Source: Isurus oxyrinchus
Lineage: Eukaryota
Length of the DNA: 64,000 bases
Direction of reading: 5' to 3'
Assembly: GCA_026770705.1 (NCBI GenBank)
Contig: JANJGN010000150.1
Span: 744,001-808,000 of the forward strand
Each line of letters begins with the position of its first letter. Position 1 is the first letter of the stretch. The notes beneath the pieces were generated by a model. The model saw only the letters and a list, made by a program, of their open reading frames with translations. It did not search any database and was not told where the DNA came from. This document shows, one piece after another, positions 13,971 through 25,500 of the stretch. A program made the translations under genes and the position numbers.

Positions 13971-14339
13971 TTGGACTGTCACAAGAGTGGAAAGGTGACA
14001 CTCCACGAGAGGTGACAGCTCAGGAAGGTTCCTGTGTACAGATTCCATGTCATTACAGTTATCCATCGTGTCTGGAAAACCAACCGCGAGGTGGACTCTG
14101 GTTTAATAATGAGAAACAGATTCCCTGGGCTCCCATTGCCTTTCACTCCAAGGATCACAGTCACGAGTTACCACGGTTCCACCATCGGATCCGGCTGTCT
14201 GGAGACCTGAAAGATGGCGACTGTTCCCTGATTATAAACAACATCAGACGGGAAGATGCAGGACCTTATTTTTTCAGAATAGAATTTGACAATGGTCCGA
14301 GCTATAACTATTACCCTGTAACCCAGCTTCACGTTTCTG
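13971..14339 (+). CDS. locus B Siglec V-set exon V3
   Basis: 369 nt, phase 1-1, intact AG/GT; 4 nt differ from V2. Confidence 0.8.
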
Positions 14340-14806
14340 GTAAGTGCTGTGTTATAATTACTCAACAATTCACATTCAACACTCAATGGGAAATAACACA
14401 AACTGTGATGTTTACATATTAACACAAAACACAGGTTATTATAACACACTGTCTGATTCTCAATAACCTGATGATAGCTTCCAGTTCAGTCCTAAAGCAA
14501 CCTCTAATACTTACTTTAATATCAATGATTAAATGTGTTGACTGTGTCTATCAATGTTATCAGTTTATCCACTCCCATCAATCTCTCAAATCCTGTCTTG
14601 AAGTCTGACATATCGACAGAAGAAAGATTTACATTTCTACAGCGCCTTTCACCACCCTAGAGTTCCCACCCTAAACCTCTCCCTCTCCCTCTTCCTCTCC
14701 CTATCTCTCTCTCTCTCGCTGTGTCTCTCTGTCTCTTTCTCTCTGTCTTTCCATAACACCGACCTCTTCTGGCCAGCTGTCACTAATATCTCCACATGTG
14801 TCACAG

Positions 14807-15150
14807 ATAAACCCACGATATTCCCTGCTGAAATTATTGCAGGAAAGCGTGTGGATGTAAGCTGCACCTTCAACACAACGTGCAATGGAACAGCAGCACC
14901 TGTCTTAACCTGGGACACTCCCACTGACGTACCTGGATCAGTCTCAAACACTGTAACTCAGCATGGTGTCACTCTGACCTATACTTCTGTTCTGACCCTG
15001 ATCCCATCACTCAAACACCACGGACACACTCTCAGCTGCAGAGTGAGATATCCATCTGTTTCATCGGAGCGGACCCTCATACTAACTGTGCAAGTTAAGA
15101 ACGGACACCCTTCATTCTACATCAGCACTCCCTCAGCGCTGACCCTCTGA
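14807..15150 (+). CDS. locus B domain-2 exon with donor loss (G|gt to G|tt at 15095) and read-through to a stop at 15150
   Basis: Almost identical to the gene A D2 exon. The native acceptor is replaced by repeat sequence, leaving an in-frame cAG at 14804-14806. Confidence 0.6.
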
Positions 15151-15419
15151 CAGTGCAGCCCGTTCTCAGTGTCCACATTCTCATGCCTCTCAAAGTGCTT
15201 CACAGTCGATAGAAGTTAACTGATCTTTATTTGATTGTTGCTGAATGAAGAGACAAGCTGTCTAAACTTTACATCTCACACACATTATTTTCCATGGCAA
15301 CACCTCCTCCAATCAGAGACCACTTGCTGATTAACCAGCACTCTCTTCCCTTTAAATATAAATTGTTGTTCACTCTCTGTTGGTAAACATGCGATCTGTC
15401 TTGTTGAGTCCTGCCCTGA

Positions 15420-15569
15420 TATCTGAATATCACAATGAACAGAACAAGTTCCAACAATGAGCTGTGGTTGGTGATTCCTCACGTTACATCCAGGGACACT
15501 GGAGACTATCAGTGTGCTCAGAGAATGAACATGGAGCAGTGGAGGGGTTCATAACCATCACTGTGGAAC
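15420..15569 (+). pseudogene. 3' half of a tandem-type Ig exon, 5'-truncated and frameshifted
   Basis: [27 protein letters not shown], then a 1-nt deletion relative to the gene A exons. Confidence 0.8.
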
Positions 15570-15974
15570 GTTAGTTAAGGCAAACTTCAACATCTCTCTC
15601 AGATTGAAACACTACAAAAACACACATAAATATCCAGCCTTAAATAGACACCTGCAGACAAACAATCCCACATCTATGAGCACACACAAAGACACACTCA
15701 CAAACAAACACACTAGCACATACTCCCCAGTGGGTTACCTGACCTCCCTCAGTGCTGCACCGGAGAGTTGACCTGGATTCTGGGATTTGTGTTCCCTTTC
15801 ATATTTATGGAAGAATATGGAAATTGCAAAGTCTATTACAGACACTCAGATGCACAGAGATACTCACAGATACTCTCTGCCTCTCCAACTCTCTATCCTA
15901 CTTTAAGAACCTTCCTGAAATCTAACACAGGCATCAGATGAAATTTTGTGCAATTTGTACAATGTTCTTTAGAC

Positions 15975-16490
15975 AGCACAGCACTCCCTCAGTTCAAACC
16001 CTCCAACAGCGCAGCACTCCCTCAGATCAGACCCTCCGACAGTGCAGCACTTCCTCAGTTCAAACCCTCCGACAGTGCAGCTCTCCCTCAGTTCATACCC
16101 TCCGACAGTGCAGCACTCCCTCAGTTCAAACCCTCCGACAGTGCAGCACTCCCTCATTTCAGAGCCTCCGACAGTGCAGCACTCCCTCAGTTCAGAGCCT
16201 CCGAAAGTGCAGCATTCCCTCAGTTCAGACCCTCTGACAGTGCAACACTCCCTCAGCTCAGACCCTCCGACAGTGCCGCACTACCTCAGCTCAGACCCTC
16301 CGACAGTGCAGCACTCCCTCAGTTCAGACCCTCCGACAGTGCAGCACTCCCTCAGCTCAGACCCTCCGACAGTGCAGCACTCCCTCAGCTCAGACCCTCC
16401 GACAGTGCAGCACTCCCTCAGTTCAGACCCTCCGACAGTGCAGCACTCCCTCAGAACTGAACCTCCGACAGTGCCGCACTACCTCAGTTC
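15975..16490 (+). repeat. 33-bp minisatellite (cagtgcagcactccctcagt..agaccctccga)
   Basis: About 15 tandem copies; same family at 23060-23295, 25460-25700, 36530-36640 and 38355-38580. Confidence 0.9.
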
Positions 16491-17984
16491 TTCTCTGCCG
16501 ATGCTGCCAGACCTGCTGAGTTTTTCCAGGTATTTCTGTTTCTGTTTCTGTTTTGAATTTCCAGCATCTGCAGTTTTTTTGCTTTTAGTGCTGGGCAGTT
16601 CCTCAGCAAGGATTCGGGCCACAAAACATTGCGAGTGCTGTGGGTCTGCGCCACGATTTAGAGAGCTGTGCTTGGCACGCCTATTCTAGTCCCAGTCCAG
16701 TGTGGTGGGGAGAGCCTGGCAGTCCTGGGTTGGTCGTGCCCAGCATGGTTTGCAGGACGTGGTCAGTCCCTCACACACGTCGGTCCTGGGGGTGGGTGGC
16801 TTGATACTAGGCCGCAGGTGGCACAATCCCAGTCAGGGGAGGCATCTGCAGCCGGTCAATGGGGAGCAGGTAATATAGAGAGTAGGGGTGGGGCTGGGAA
16901 TCGAGGGGGGCCGGTGGTCTCTGTAAGTCACAGTACAATGGGCCTCTAGTTGGAGAGAGGTCAGGTCTACATGGGGCATTGGGATGTCAACATCAGACAG
17001 TCTAGGGAGGAGGACTGGGATGTCAACCCCCAACACAATAAGATCAAGGATTAGAGAGGAAGGGAGGAGACTGATTGGAAGGAGGGGAATGTGCACATTA
17101 TGCTCCTCCAGCACGATGGGAGGGACTGTGATGGTTACGGGGGTGGGGGGGGTGACGTGTGAGGGGATAGACGCTTACCTGGTGGTATTGCCTCAGCCCC
17201 ACCCTTTTTCAAGCTGATCCAATGTCGCAGTTGAAGAATAAGCTACAAAACAAATTGGCAGGGGAGGTCTCCCAGGGCCTGTGGGAGACATCACCCACTG
17301 CATCTTCGGCCTGTTTGAAGGGGCACCCGAACAATTCCGGCTTTTCCAAATGATGAGGAAGACACAGCTGCACCCCGAGTCCCCTACTGGGGATCCAGAA
17401 GGTTGCAATAGCGCTGCGAGGGACTCATGGGCTCCACAGTGACTCCCTAATTAGCGACTGGAAGGTTTATGTTCATTTATCTTTATTATCCGTTCATATT
17501 GAGCAATGGAGCTCCTGATTTGTCACCTTCCTGTACCTCGTCCAATGCTTCTGTTATCAGGACTTCCACATCGATGTGAAAGAGCCATGATGATAGCAGA
17601 CAGTCGCACAATGGGAATGGCACTAGGCCAGTGATCCAGAGGCCCAGGTGAATGCTTTGAAGGCACGGGTTCAAATCCCACCACGGCAGCTGGAGGAATT
17701 TCAATTCGATTAATCAATAAATTTAATTGATTGATACATTTTTTTCTTATTCATTTCAGGGATGTTGGTGTCGCTGACTAGGCCAGTATTTGTTGCCCAT
17801 CCCCATTTGCCTTTGAGAACATATGGATATCTGAGTTAGGATCAGGAGTAGGTCACTCAGCCCCTCGAACCTGCTCCGCCATTCAGTAAGATCATGGCTG
17901 ATCTGATTGTCACCTCAACCTCACATTCCTGCCTACCCCCAATGACCTTTCACCCCCTTGTTAATCAAGAATCTATCTAGCTCT

Positions 17985-19940
17985 GTGGAAGGGGAGCCAA
18001 TCAATCGGGCTGCTTTGTCCTGGATGGTGTCAAGCTTCTTGAGTGTTGTTGGAGCTGTGCTCATCCAGGCATGTGGAGAGTATTCCATCACACTCCTGAC
18101 TTGTGCGTTGTAGATGGTGGACAGGATTTGGGGAGTCAGGAGGTGAGTTACTGTCTGCAGGGTTCCCAGCCTCTGACCTGCTCTTGCAGCCACAGTGTTT
18201 ATATGGCTGGTCCAGTTCAGTTTCTGCTCAATGGTAACTCCCAGGATGTTGATATTGGGGGATTCATTGATGGTAATGCCATTGAATGCCAAGGGGCGAT
18301 GGTTATGAATGGTCTGTGGGATACTCTGGTACAAAATTTCAACACTCGGACTCCAGATGCAATATTCAAGTGGTTCCTTTATTAGGCATGTGGGGAGCAA
18401 ACGCTGGGCAGTACAGGTGCTTCTCCACCGAGGTTCAAATGAGCACAGTTTATATATTTTTTACTCTCAGTTACAAGGTAATGGTATTAGTTAGACAAAG
18501 GCCACAGCACAATGATCCTCCGGTGGGCTGATAATTGTGTTCTTGTACAGTAATTACAGGGCAGAGACTGGCTATTGTCCTTTTGAGACAGCAAAGAATC
18601 TATGTTTGTTCGATACAAAAGGTTTCCGGAGGCTGACTGGATGTGGTTCAAGGCCATCGGAGGGTGTGAAATAACCTTCCCCATTTCTTGATTGAGTCAC
18701 CCTGTGTCCTTGTGTATGTGTCTCCCATTTCCTCATTGCAAATTTACAGCTGAGCCCTTTGTACAGGTTTTTAGCTTTCACGTAAGGATGTGTACGCTTT
18801 GGCACCCTAGCTGCTGGTCCTGGCTGGCTCTTTAAAATAAATCCAAATTTTCTGCGCCTTCAGTTAGATTCTCTCTTGTTGGAGCTGGTCATTGCCTGGC
18901 ACTTGTGTGGCATGAATGTTACTTGTCACCTGTCAGCCCAAGCCTGGATGTTGTCCAGGTCTTGCTGCATTTGGACATAACTTGCTTCAGTATCTGAGGA
19001 GCCGTGAATGGTGCTGAACATTGTGCAAACATCAGCAAATATCCCCACTTCTGACCTTATGATGGAAGGAAGGTCATTGATGAAGCAGCTGAAGATAGTT
19101 GAGCCTCGGACACTACCCTGGAACTCCTGCAGTGATGTCCTGGAACTGAGATGATTGACCCCCAACAATCACAACCATCGTCCTTTGTGCTGGGTATGAC
19201 TCCAAGCAGCGGAGAGTTTTCCCCCGATTCCCATTGACTCCAGTTTTGCTCGGGCTCCTTGATTTGCCACACTCAGTCAAATGCTGCCTTGATGTCAAGG
19301 ACAGTCACTCTGACCTCACCTCTGGAGTTCAGCTCATTTGTGCATGTTTGAACCAAGGCTGTAATGAGGCCAGGAGCTGAATGATCCTGGTGGAACACAA
19401 ACTGAGCGTCAGTGAGCAGGTTCTTGGTAAGCAGGTGCTGCTTGCAAGCGCTGTTGATGACCCCTTCCATCACTTTAGTAATGATCAAGAATAGACTGCT
19501 GGGAAATTGGCTGGGTTGGATTTGTCCTGCTTTTTGTGTACAGGACGTACCCCATAGCCGGGTAGTTGCCAGTGTTGCAGCGGTACTAGAAAATTCCAGA
19601 AAAGCTTGGCTAGGGGCGCAGCAAGTTCTGGAGCACAAGTCTTCAGTACTATTGCCGGAATAATGTCAGGGTCTGGAGCATTTGCAATATCCAGTGCCTT
19701 CAGCCCTTCCTTGATATCACGTGGAATTAATCGAATTGGCTAAAGATTGGCATCTGTGATGCTGGGGACCTCCGGAGGAGGCCGAGATGGATCAGCCACT
19801 CAGCACTTCTGGCTGAAGGTTGTTGCGCATGCTTCAGTCTTGTCTTTTGCACCGATGTGCTGGGCTCCTCCATCATTGAGGATGGGGATATTTGTGGAGC
19901 CTCCTCCTCCAGTGAGTTGTTTAATTGTCCATGACTGGAT
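17985..19940 (-). mobile_element. fragmented LINE (RT domain) pieces
   Basis: QFVFHQDHSAPGLITALVQ..RVTVLDIKAAFD, IFSCFINDLPSIIRSEVGIFAD, ILGVTIEQKLNWTSHI. Confidence 0.8.
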
Positions 19941-21779
19941 GTGACATCTGGAATGCGAAGCTAGTCTCAGTAATGGTGACCATGAAACTAAGGCCAATTG
20001 TTGCAAAAACCCATCTGGGTCACTAATGCCCTTTGGGGAAGGAAACCTGCCGTCCTTACCCATTCTGGCCTACGTGTGACTCCTGACCCACAGCAATGTG
20101 GTTGACTCTTAACTGGCCCCTGAAATGGCCGAGCAAGCCACTGAGTTATATCAAAACCCGCCACAGACCAGTCAAACCAGGCGAACTGCAGCACTTCGAA
20201 AAGGCAGCTCAGCACCCCCTTCTCAAGGGGTCAGTCAGGAACAGGTAACAAACGCTGTCCACATCCCGTGAAAGAATTTTGGTAAAAAGGTAGCCGTGTA
20301 TCACCACCCACGGCCAGCGCCAACCCCCCCACCCCTACCTGATTGCACCAGTTTCAGATTACACCAGGTCAATGAACGGATAGAAACCCAAACCAATGAG
20401 ATGAGCACAGAGAAGGATCAAGCCAGAGAGAGTTGGTGGGAAGAATTGGGAAAGCAACAAAAAAGGCAGAGCGGACACTAACACTATAACAAAGTAAAGA
20501 CCAGAGGAGGAAGGAAGCAAGTGTGAAGAGGAATTGAGAGTAGAGCTGGTAGGCTGCTTGTCGAAGCCAAGGACCCTCCATAGGTCACACCCACAGTGCT
20601 TTTGGGGAGGGAGATACATGATTTTGACCCAGGATCATCAAGTTTTGCACGGGCAGAGCCTTTAAAGAAAAGGGACCTTCACTACCCGTGTCCCCTGCCC
20701 AACAAAGCTGTTGACATGCCGAGTCCACCTGTACAGGCAACCTCCAGACAGTTGACTACAAAGGCCATTGCAGCTGCTGAATATGACTTCCAGTTTCAAA
20801 ACCTTCATGAATACAAGGATGGGGGATTCAGCAGGAATATTCCTGCACATCCTGTGGCAGATCCTGTAAATAAAAGGGACCTTCACTCACTCCTCAAAGC
20901 TGCTGACCTGCTGATTCACATCTACAGGCAACCTCCAAACAGTCGACTAGAGAAGACAATGCAGCTGCTGAATGTGACTCCTAGTTTCAAACCCTTCACT
21001 CTGGAAAGAAGGAATCCAGAGCAATGGGCCTCACTATAATACTTGACAGAAACTGATTTTAACTCTCATCTCTAAGTATTATTTTTCCTTTGCTTACATT
21101 TTAATCCTTGCACCTGATGGCTTTATCGCTTCAACTTAAATAACTTTCAGCAGGAGCCAGGTTCAAATTGAATGGACAAGCAGGCTTGGGGGGCCAAAAG
21201 GCCTACTCCTGCTTCTGTTTATTTATGTTTGTGTTGTTATGTAGTGGAACTAGAGAGGTTATAGCAGTTATGAGAGCATTAAGCAAACAGCAGCAAGAAT
21301 TGAACACCTACGTTGTGGTTTATGAAAAGCTTTTCTACCTGGTCAACTGGTAAAATCTGTTGAAAGTGGGCTATCATGGCGTGTGCCCTTTGTGAGATAT
21401 TTGTAACAACGTTCTCGATGTCGGAACAGTTTGCATTGAACAAAGCTGATCTTTACCCAGAACTTCAGAGGAAGGGGGGACAATTGTTCCCTGGTGTGGG
21501 GGGCATGGTGGGGGGGGAGGGTGAGGGGGAGACAAGTAGCCTGAAATACCAAGCCAGACACTTTGTGAAGACAGAAGTTGTTTATTCATTTTTTTTTACA
21601 AATCATAATCTTTACAATTAAAGTCCCGACAAGATAATGGTGAATCATGAACACATTGTCGGGGTGAATCTGTGCCCGGGAGCATAAAGCAGCAAAATCA
21701 GGAGCCCGCTTTACATCTCTCTGAATTTTAACTATCATTAACCCCAGTAACATCCATTCAAATGACTTAGTCATAAGAT

Positions 21780-22175
21780 TCCTCACACATTCACTTGCAC
21801 ACTCACACACCCACACCCACACAGACACACTGACACACTCACTCATTCACATTGACACACACTGACACAGTCACACACACCCACACAGACACACTGACAC
21901 ACTCACTCATTCACATTGACACACACTGACACAGTCACACACACCCACACAGACACACTGACACACTCACTCATTCACATTGACACACACTGACACAGTC
22001 ACACACACACATACACACACACACACACGCTGACACAATCACACACATTCACATTGACACGCACTGACAGTCACACATACACACACACACACTGACACAA
22101 TCACACACATTCACATTGACACACACATATTGACAGTCACACACACACGCTCATAAAGACAGACACAAACACAGT
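21780..22175 (+). repeat. CA-rich compound microsatellite with ~60-bp higher-order repeat
   Basis: cacacccacacagacacactgacacactcactcattcacattgacacacactgacacagt occurs three times. Confidence 0.85.
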
Positions 22176-22479
22176 CACGTGAGGTGAATAGTGTCGATGT
22201 ATTTAAGGGGAAGCTGGATAAACACACGAGGGAGAAATGAATAGAAGGATATGGTGATGGGGTGAGATGGAGAAGGGGTGGGCGGAGACTCGTGTGGAGC
22301 AGAAACACCAGCATGGAGCAGATGGGCCGAATGGCTTCTTTCCCTGCTGTAAAACGCAGGTAAAGTTTCAGTTGGAATTACTGAACAGGGCCTGTGTGAA
22401 ATAGATTGCTAAGCAGTAGATAAGGAGGGGAGAGGCTGTGGCATGGTGCAGGATGACCTTGCGTGAATGAGGCCAGGGT

Positions 22480-22596
22480 CTAATATCTACAGCAGAGACC
22501 ACAAGTCTCATTTGGTCCTCTCCAATTACAGCAGTTACAGCAGAATCTGCAGAGCTGCTGTCTGCCCATTCTCTTCTGGCGCTGCAGCAAGGAGCC
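22480..22596 (-). CDS. HAMP: hepcidin exon 3: furin site RQKR + 8-Cys mature peptide
   Basis: Long polypyrimidine tract, ttttccAG|GGC; Cys spacing C-x2-CC-x-CC-x8-C-G-x-CC; TAG stop. Confidence 0.9.
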   Translation of the reverse strand, partial: GSLLQRQKRMGRQQLCRFCCNCCNWRGPNETCGLCCRY

Positions 22597-25500
22597 CTGG
22601 AAAAGCAGGAGGACAATAGGTGAGAACATTCCGGAAAGAAAGAAGGCATCATTTCAATCAGGCGCGTCATTGGAAGGAGGATGGCGCATTTCTCTAGCGC
22701 CTTTCCCCTCCTCAGGATGGCCCAAAGTGTTCCACAGCTGAAGGAAGGACTTTTTCTGAAGTGAGCTCACCGCTGTAATGTAGGAAACGCAGCAGGCAAT
22801 TCACGCACAGCAAGATCCCACAAACAGAAATGTGATAATGGCCCCGATTTTCAGTTTTTTACCAATGTCAGTTGAGGGATAAATGTTTGCCCCAGGAAAG
22901 TGGACATAACTCCACCCCATCCAGCCCCCATCACCCCCTCCACACATACCCCCCAACTCCTGACGCACTTCATTTAAATTGTGGCCATGGAATCCTCTAC
23001 ATCCATCTGAGAGGGCAGATGTTGTCTCAGTTTAACATCTCATCTGAAAGACAGCGCCTTCAACAGTGCAGCACCCCCTCAGTACTGACCCTCCGACTGT
23101 GCAGCACTCCCTCAGTACTGACCGTCTGACAATGCAGCACCCCCTCAGTACTGACCCTCCGACTGTGCAGTCCCCCGCTGGGACTGACCCTCTGACAGTG
23201 CAGCACTCCAAGACTGACCGTCTGACAATGCAGCACCCCCTCAGTACTGACCCTCCGACTGTCCTGCCCCCCCGCCGGTACTGACCCTCCGACAGCTCGG
23301 TAATTTCTCAATTACGCCTGGTGGTCCTTTTAACTCAGAGCTGAGAGTTGCAGAGAATCGAGCACACACCCTGAACTGACACTTGCAGTGCAAGTACTGG
23401 GAGCGCGCTGGTCATTATCATGCTGCTGTCTGTGGGATCTTACAGTGCGCCAATGGCTGATTCTTTTCCCACAGTACATCAGTGACCTCACATGAAAGAA
23501 AAAAAGCACTTGATTGTCTGCGAAACAGTTTTGGACGTCCTGATGTGTTGGAAGGCGCTAGAGAAATGCAAGAGTTGACGTTTCGAGTCCTCATGACCCT
23601 TCTGAGGACTCGAAACGTCAACTTTTTTCTTCTCCGCCGATGCTGCCAGACCTGCTGAGTTTTTTCAGGTAATTCTGTTTTTGTTTTGGATTTCCAGCAT
23701 CCGCAGTTTTCTTTGTTTTTATAGAGAAATGCAAGTCCTCTTTGTCTTTCACTCGATCCTCTAAGGTGTCTGTTGATTAACCAGCCTCTCGGTGTTTGAT
23801 GTAGGCCTGGTTATAAACAGGTAGAAGGATCAAATATCAAAAATGCTTTGGCTGACAGTCAAACCGATTGTGCATTCGGAGAGATTAGATACGGTCTGCG
23901 CACAATGACTCCAGTCTCTGGCACTGACTGCCGCCTGGGGTCTCCCTTCCACATAACACTCACAACTTGCATTTACACAGCGCCTCTGACATTGCAAAAT
24001 GTCCCAGCCCACATTACCGGAGCGTAAATCAGAGAGAAGTCTAACACTGAGTCACATATGGAGATATTAGGGATAGGTGACCAAAAGCTTGGTCAAAGAT
24101 GTCAGTTTTTAAGGAGCGTCTTAAAGGAGAGAGAGAGAGAGAGGCAGAGAGGTTAAGGGAGGGTATTCCGGAGCTCAGGGCCCCAGGCAGCTGAAGGCAC
24201 GGCCACCAATGGTAGAGCGATGGGAATCAGGGGGACCCGGGAGATGCAGTAATGTCAGAGATTTTGGAGGAACATCGGGACCGGAGGAGGTGTTCTCCTG
24301 CTCCATATCTCTCTCTCTCTTCCTCTCTTCCACTCCTCCTCTCCCTGTCTCTCTCTCTCCTACTCTTCCGCTCAATTGCCCTCTCTCCCAATCTTTCTCT
24401 CCTCTCTCCCTTTTCCTGTCTCTCTCCCTCTCTCTCCCCTGTCTCCTTCTCCCACTCTGTATCTCTCCCTCTCTCTCACACTATTTTTGTACCTTTCGCT
24501 CACTCTGTAACTCTCCCTTTCCTGTTAATTTCTCTCTCTTGGACAATCTCTCTTCCCTTTTCACTTTCCCTCACTCTGCATCTCTTTAATTTCTCCCTCT
24601 GTCACTCTCTCCCACCTATTTTCTTTCCCTTTCACCCCTCCCCGTCCCACTCTCTGTCTCTCTCTTCCAATCCCTCCCTCCCCCATTCCATCCCTCTCTC
24701 CGACTCTCGACTCCCAGCCTCTCTTTAACCCACTCCCAGGCTGGATCAGTCTCCCTCTCACTATTCCCGGCGTGGGTTACATTTAAAATTCCTGTGGGGA
24801 TATGTTCACTTCCTTGGAATTGCCTCTTCCCAGCTTTGCAAAAAAAGTGGGGGGGGGGGCTCGATTTCAAACATGCCTCCTGAGTATAACCGAGACAGAC
24901 TGCCACTGAAATCAGCTTGAAATCAGAAAACTTTCTGTGGAAGAAACGAGCAGGGAGAAACCTTAAAATAAGGAATGAATTTCCACCTACCGTGTCCGGG
25001 GAATCCACAGATTTCTCAATCGTCGAAGAACCTAAAGCAGTGTCAACCTGCAAAAAGAAAGAATTTATCAGGGAGAAAGTGAGAGGAGGATTGAGGGAGA
25101 GGGAGAGAGAGAGAGAGAGGTACAGGAGAGAGAGGGGGAGGAGGACAGACTTGCATTTCTCTAACGCCTTTCACCACATCCCAAAGCATTTCACAGCCAC
25201 TGAAGGATGTTTTTGAAGTGCACTCACACTGTAGGAAATGTGGCAGCTGATTTGTGCACAGCAAGATCCCACAAATAGCAATGTGATCATGGCCTAGATC
25301 ATCTGTTTTTGGTGATGTTGGTTGAGGGATAAATATTGGTGCCAGGACACCGGGGAGAACACCCCCTGCTCTTCCTCCAAATAGTGGCTGTGGGATCTTT
25401 CACACCCGCCCGAGAGGGCAGACGGGGGACTCGGTTTAATGTCTCATTCAACATTGTTGTGCTCCCTCAGTACTAACCCTTTGACACTGCAGCACTCCCT

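Larger units (their letters stand above)
10151..14802 (+). repeat. recent tandem segmental duplication, period ~2282 bp, each unit carrying a V exon
   Basis: 10151-12434 and 12435-~14750 are near-identical. The unit start recurs a third time at ~14750 and is fused to the D2 exon. Confidence 0.9.
271..15569 (+). pseudogene. inverted paralogue of gene A (locus B): leader + 3 V-set exons + D2 exon with mutated donor + frameshifted Ig remnant; pseudogene or secreted V-C2 form
   Basis: Leader 271-310; V exons 7910-8284, 11689-12057 and 13971-14339; D2 14807-15094; remnant ~15420-15569. No TM or tail exon seen on the plus strand. Confidence 0.7.

Noticed and set aside
7910-14339. V exons as rearranging Ig/TCR/NAR gene segments
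   Set aside because: They end in splice donors with the G strand encoded, have no RSS heptamer/nonamer, and show Siglec-type rather than canonical B-F cysteines.
15938-16689. Long repetitive ORFs ([11 protein letters not shown] / VQHSLSTDP / [11 protein letters not shown]), also at 40808-41623 and 54189-54713
   Set aside because: Translations of a 33-bp minisatellite whose unit length is divisible by 3. They are open in several frames and on both strands.
20596-21039. 147-aa plus-strand ORF
   Set aside because: No recognisable domain or splice context; probably repeat-derived.
15570-22400. Search for an activating TM exon (charged Lys/Arg) completing locus B as a paired receptor
   Set aside because: None found by eye; the region is mostly repeat debris. 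A small exon could have been missed.
23830-24012. CYVEGRPQAAVS fragment resembling an Ig strand
   Set aside because: No Trp or second-Cys framework and no splice sites; lies in hepcidin intron 2.
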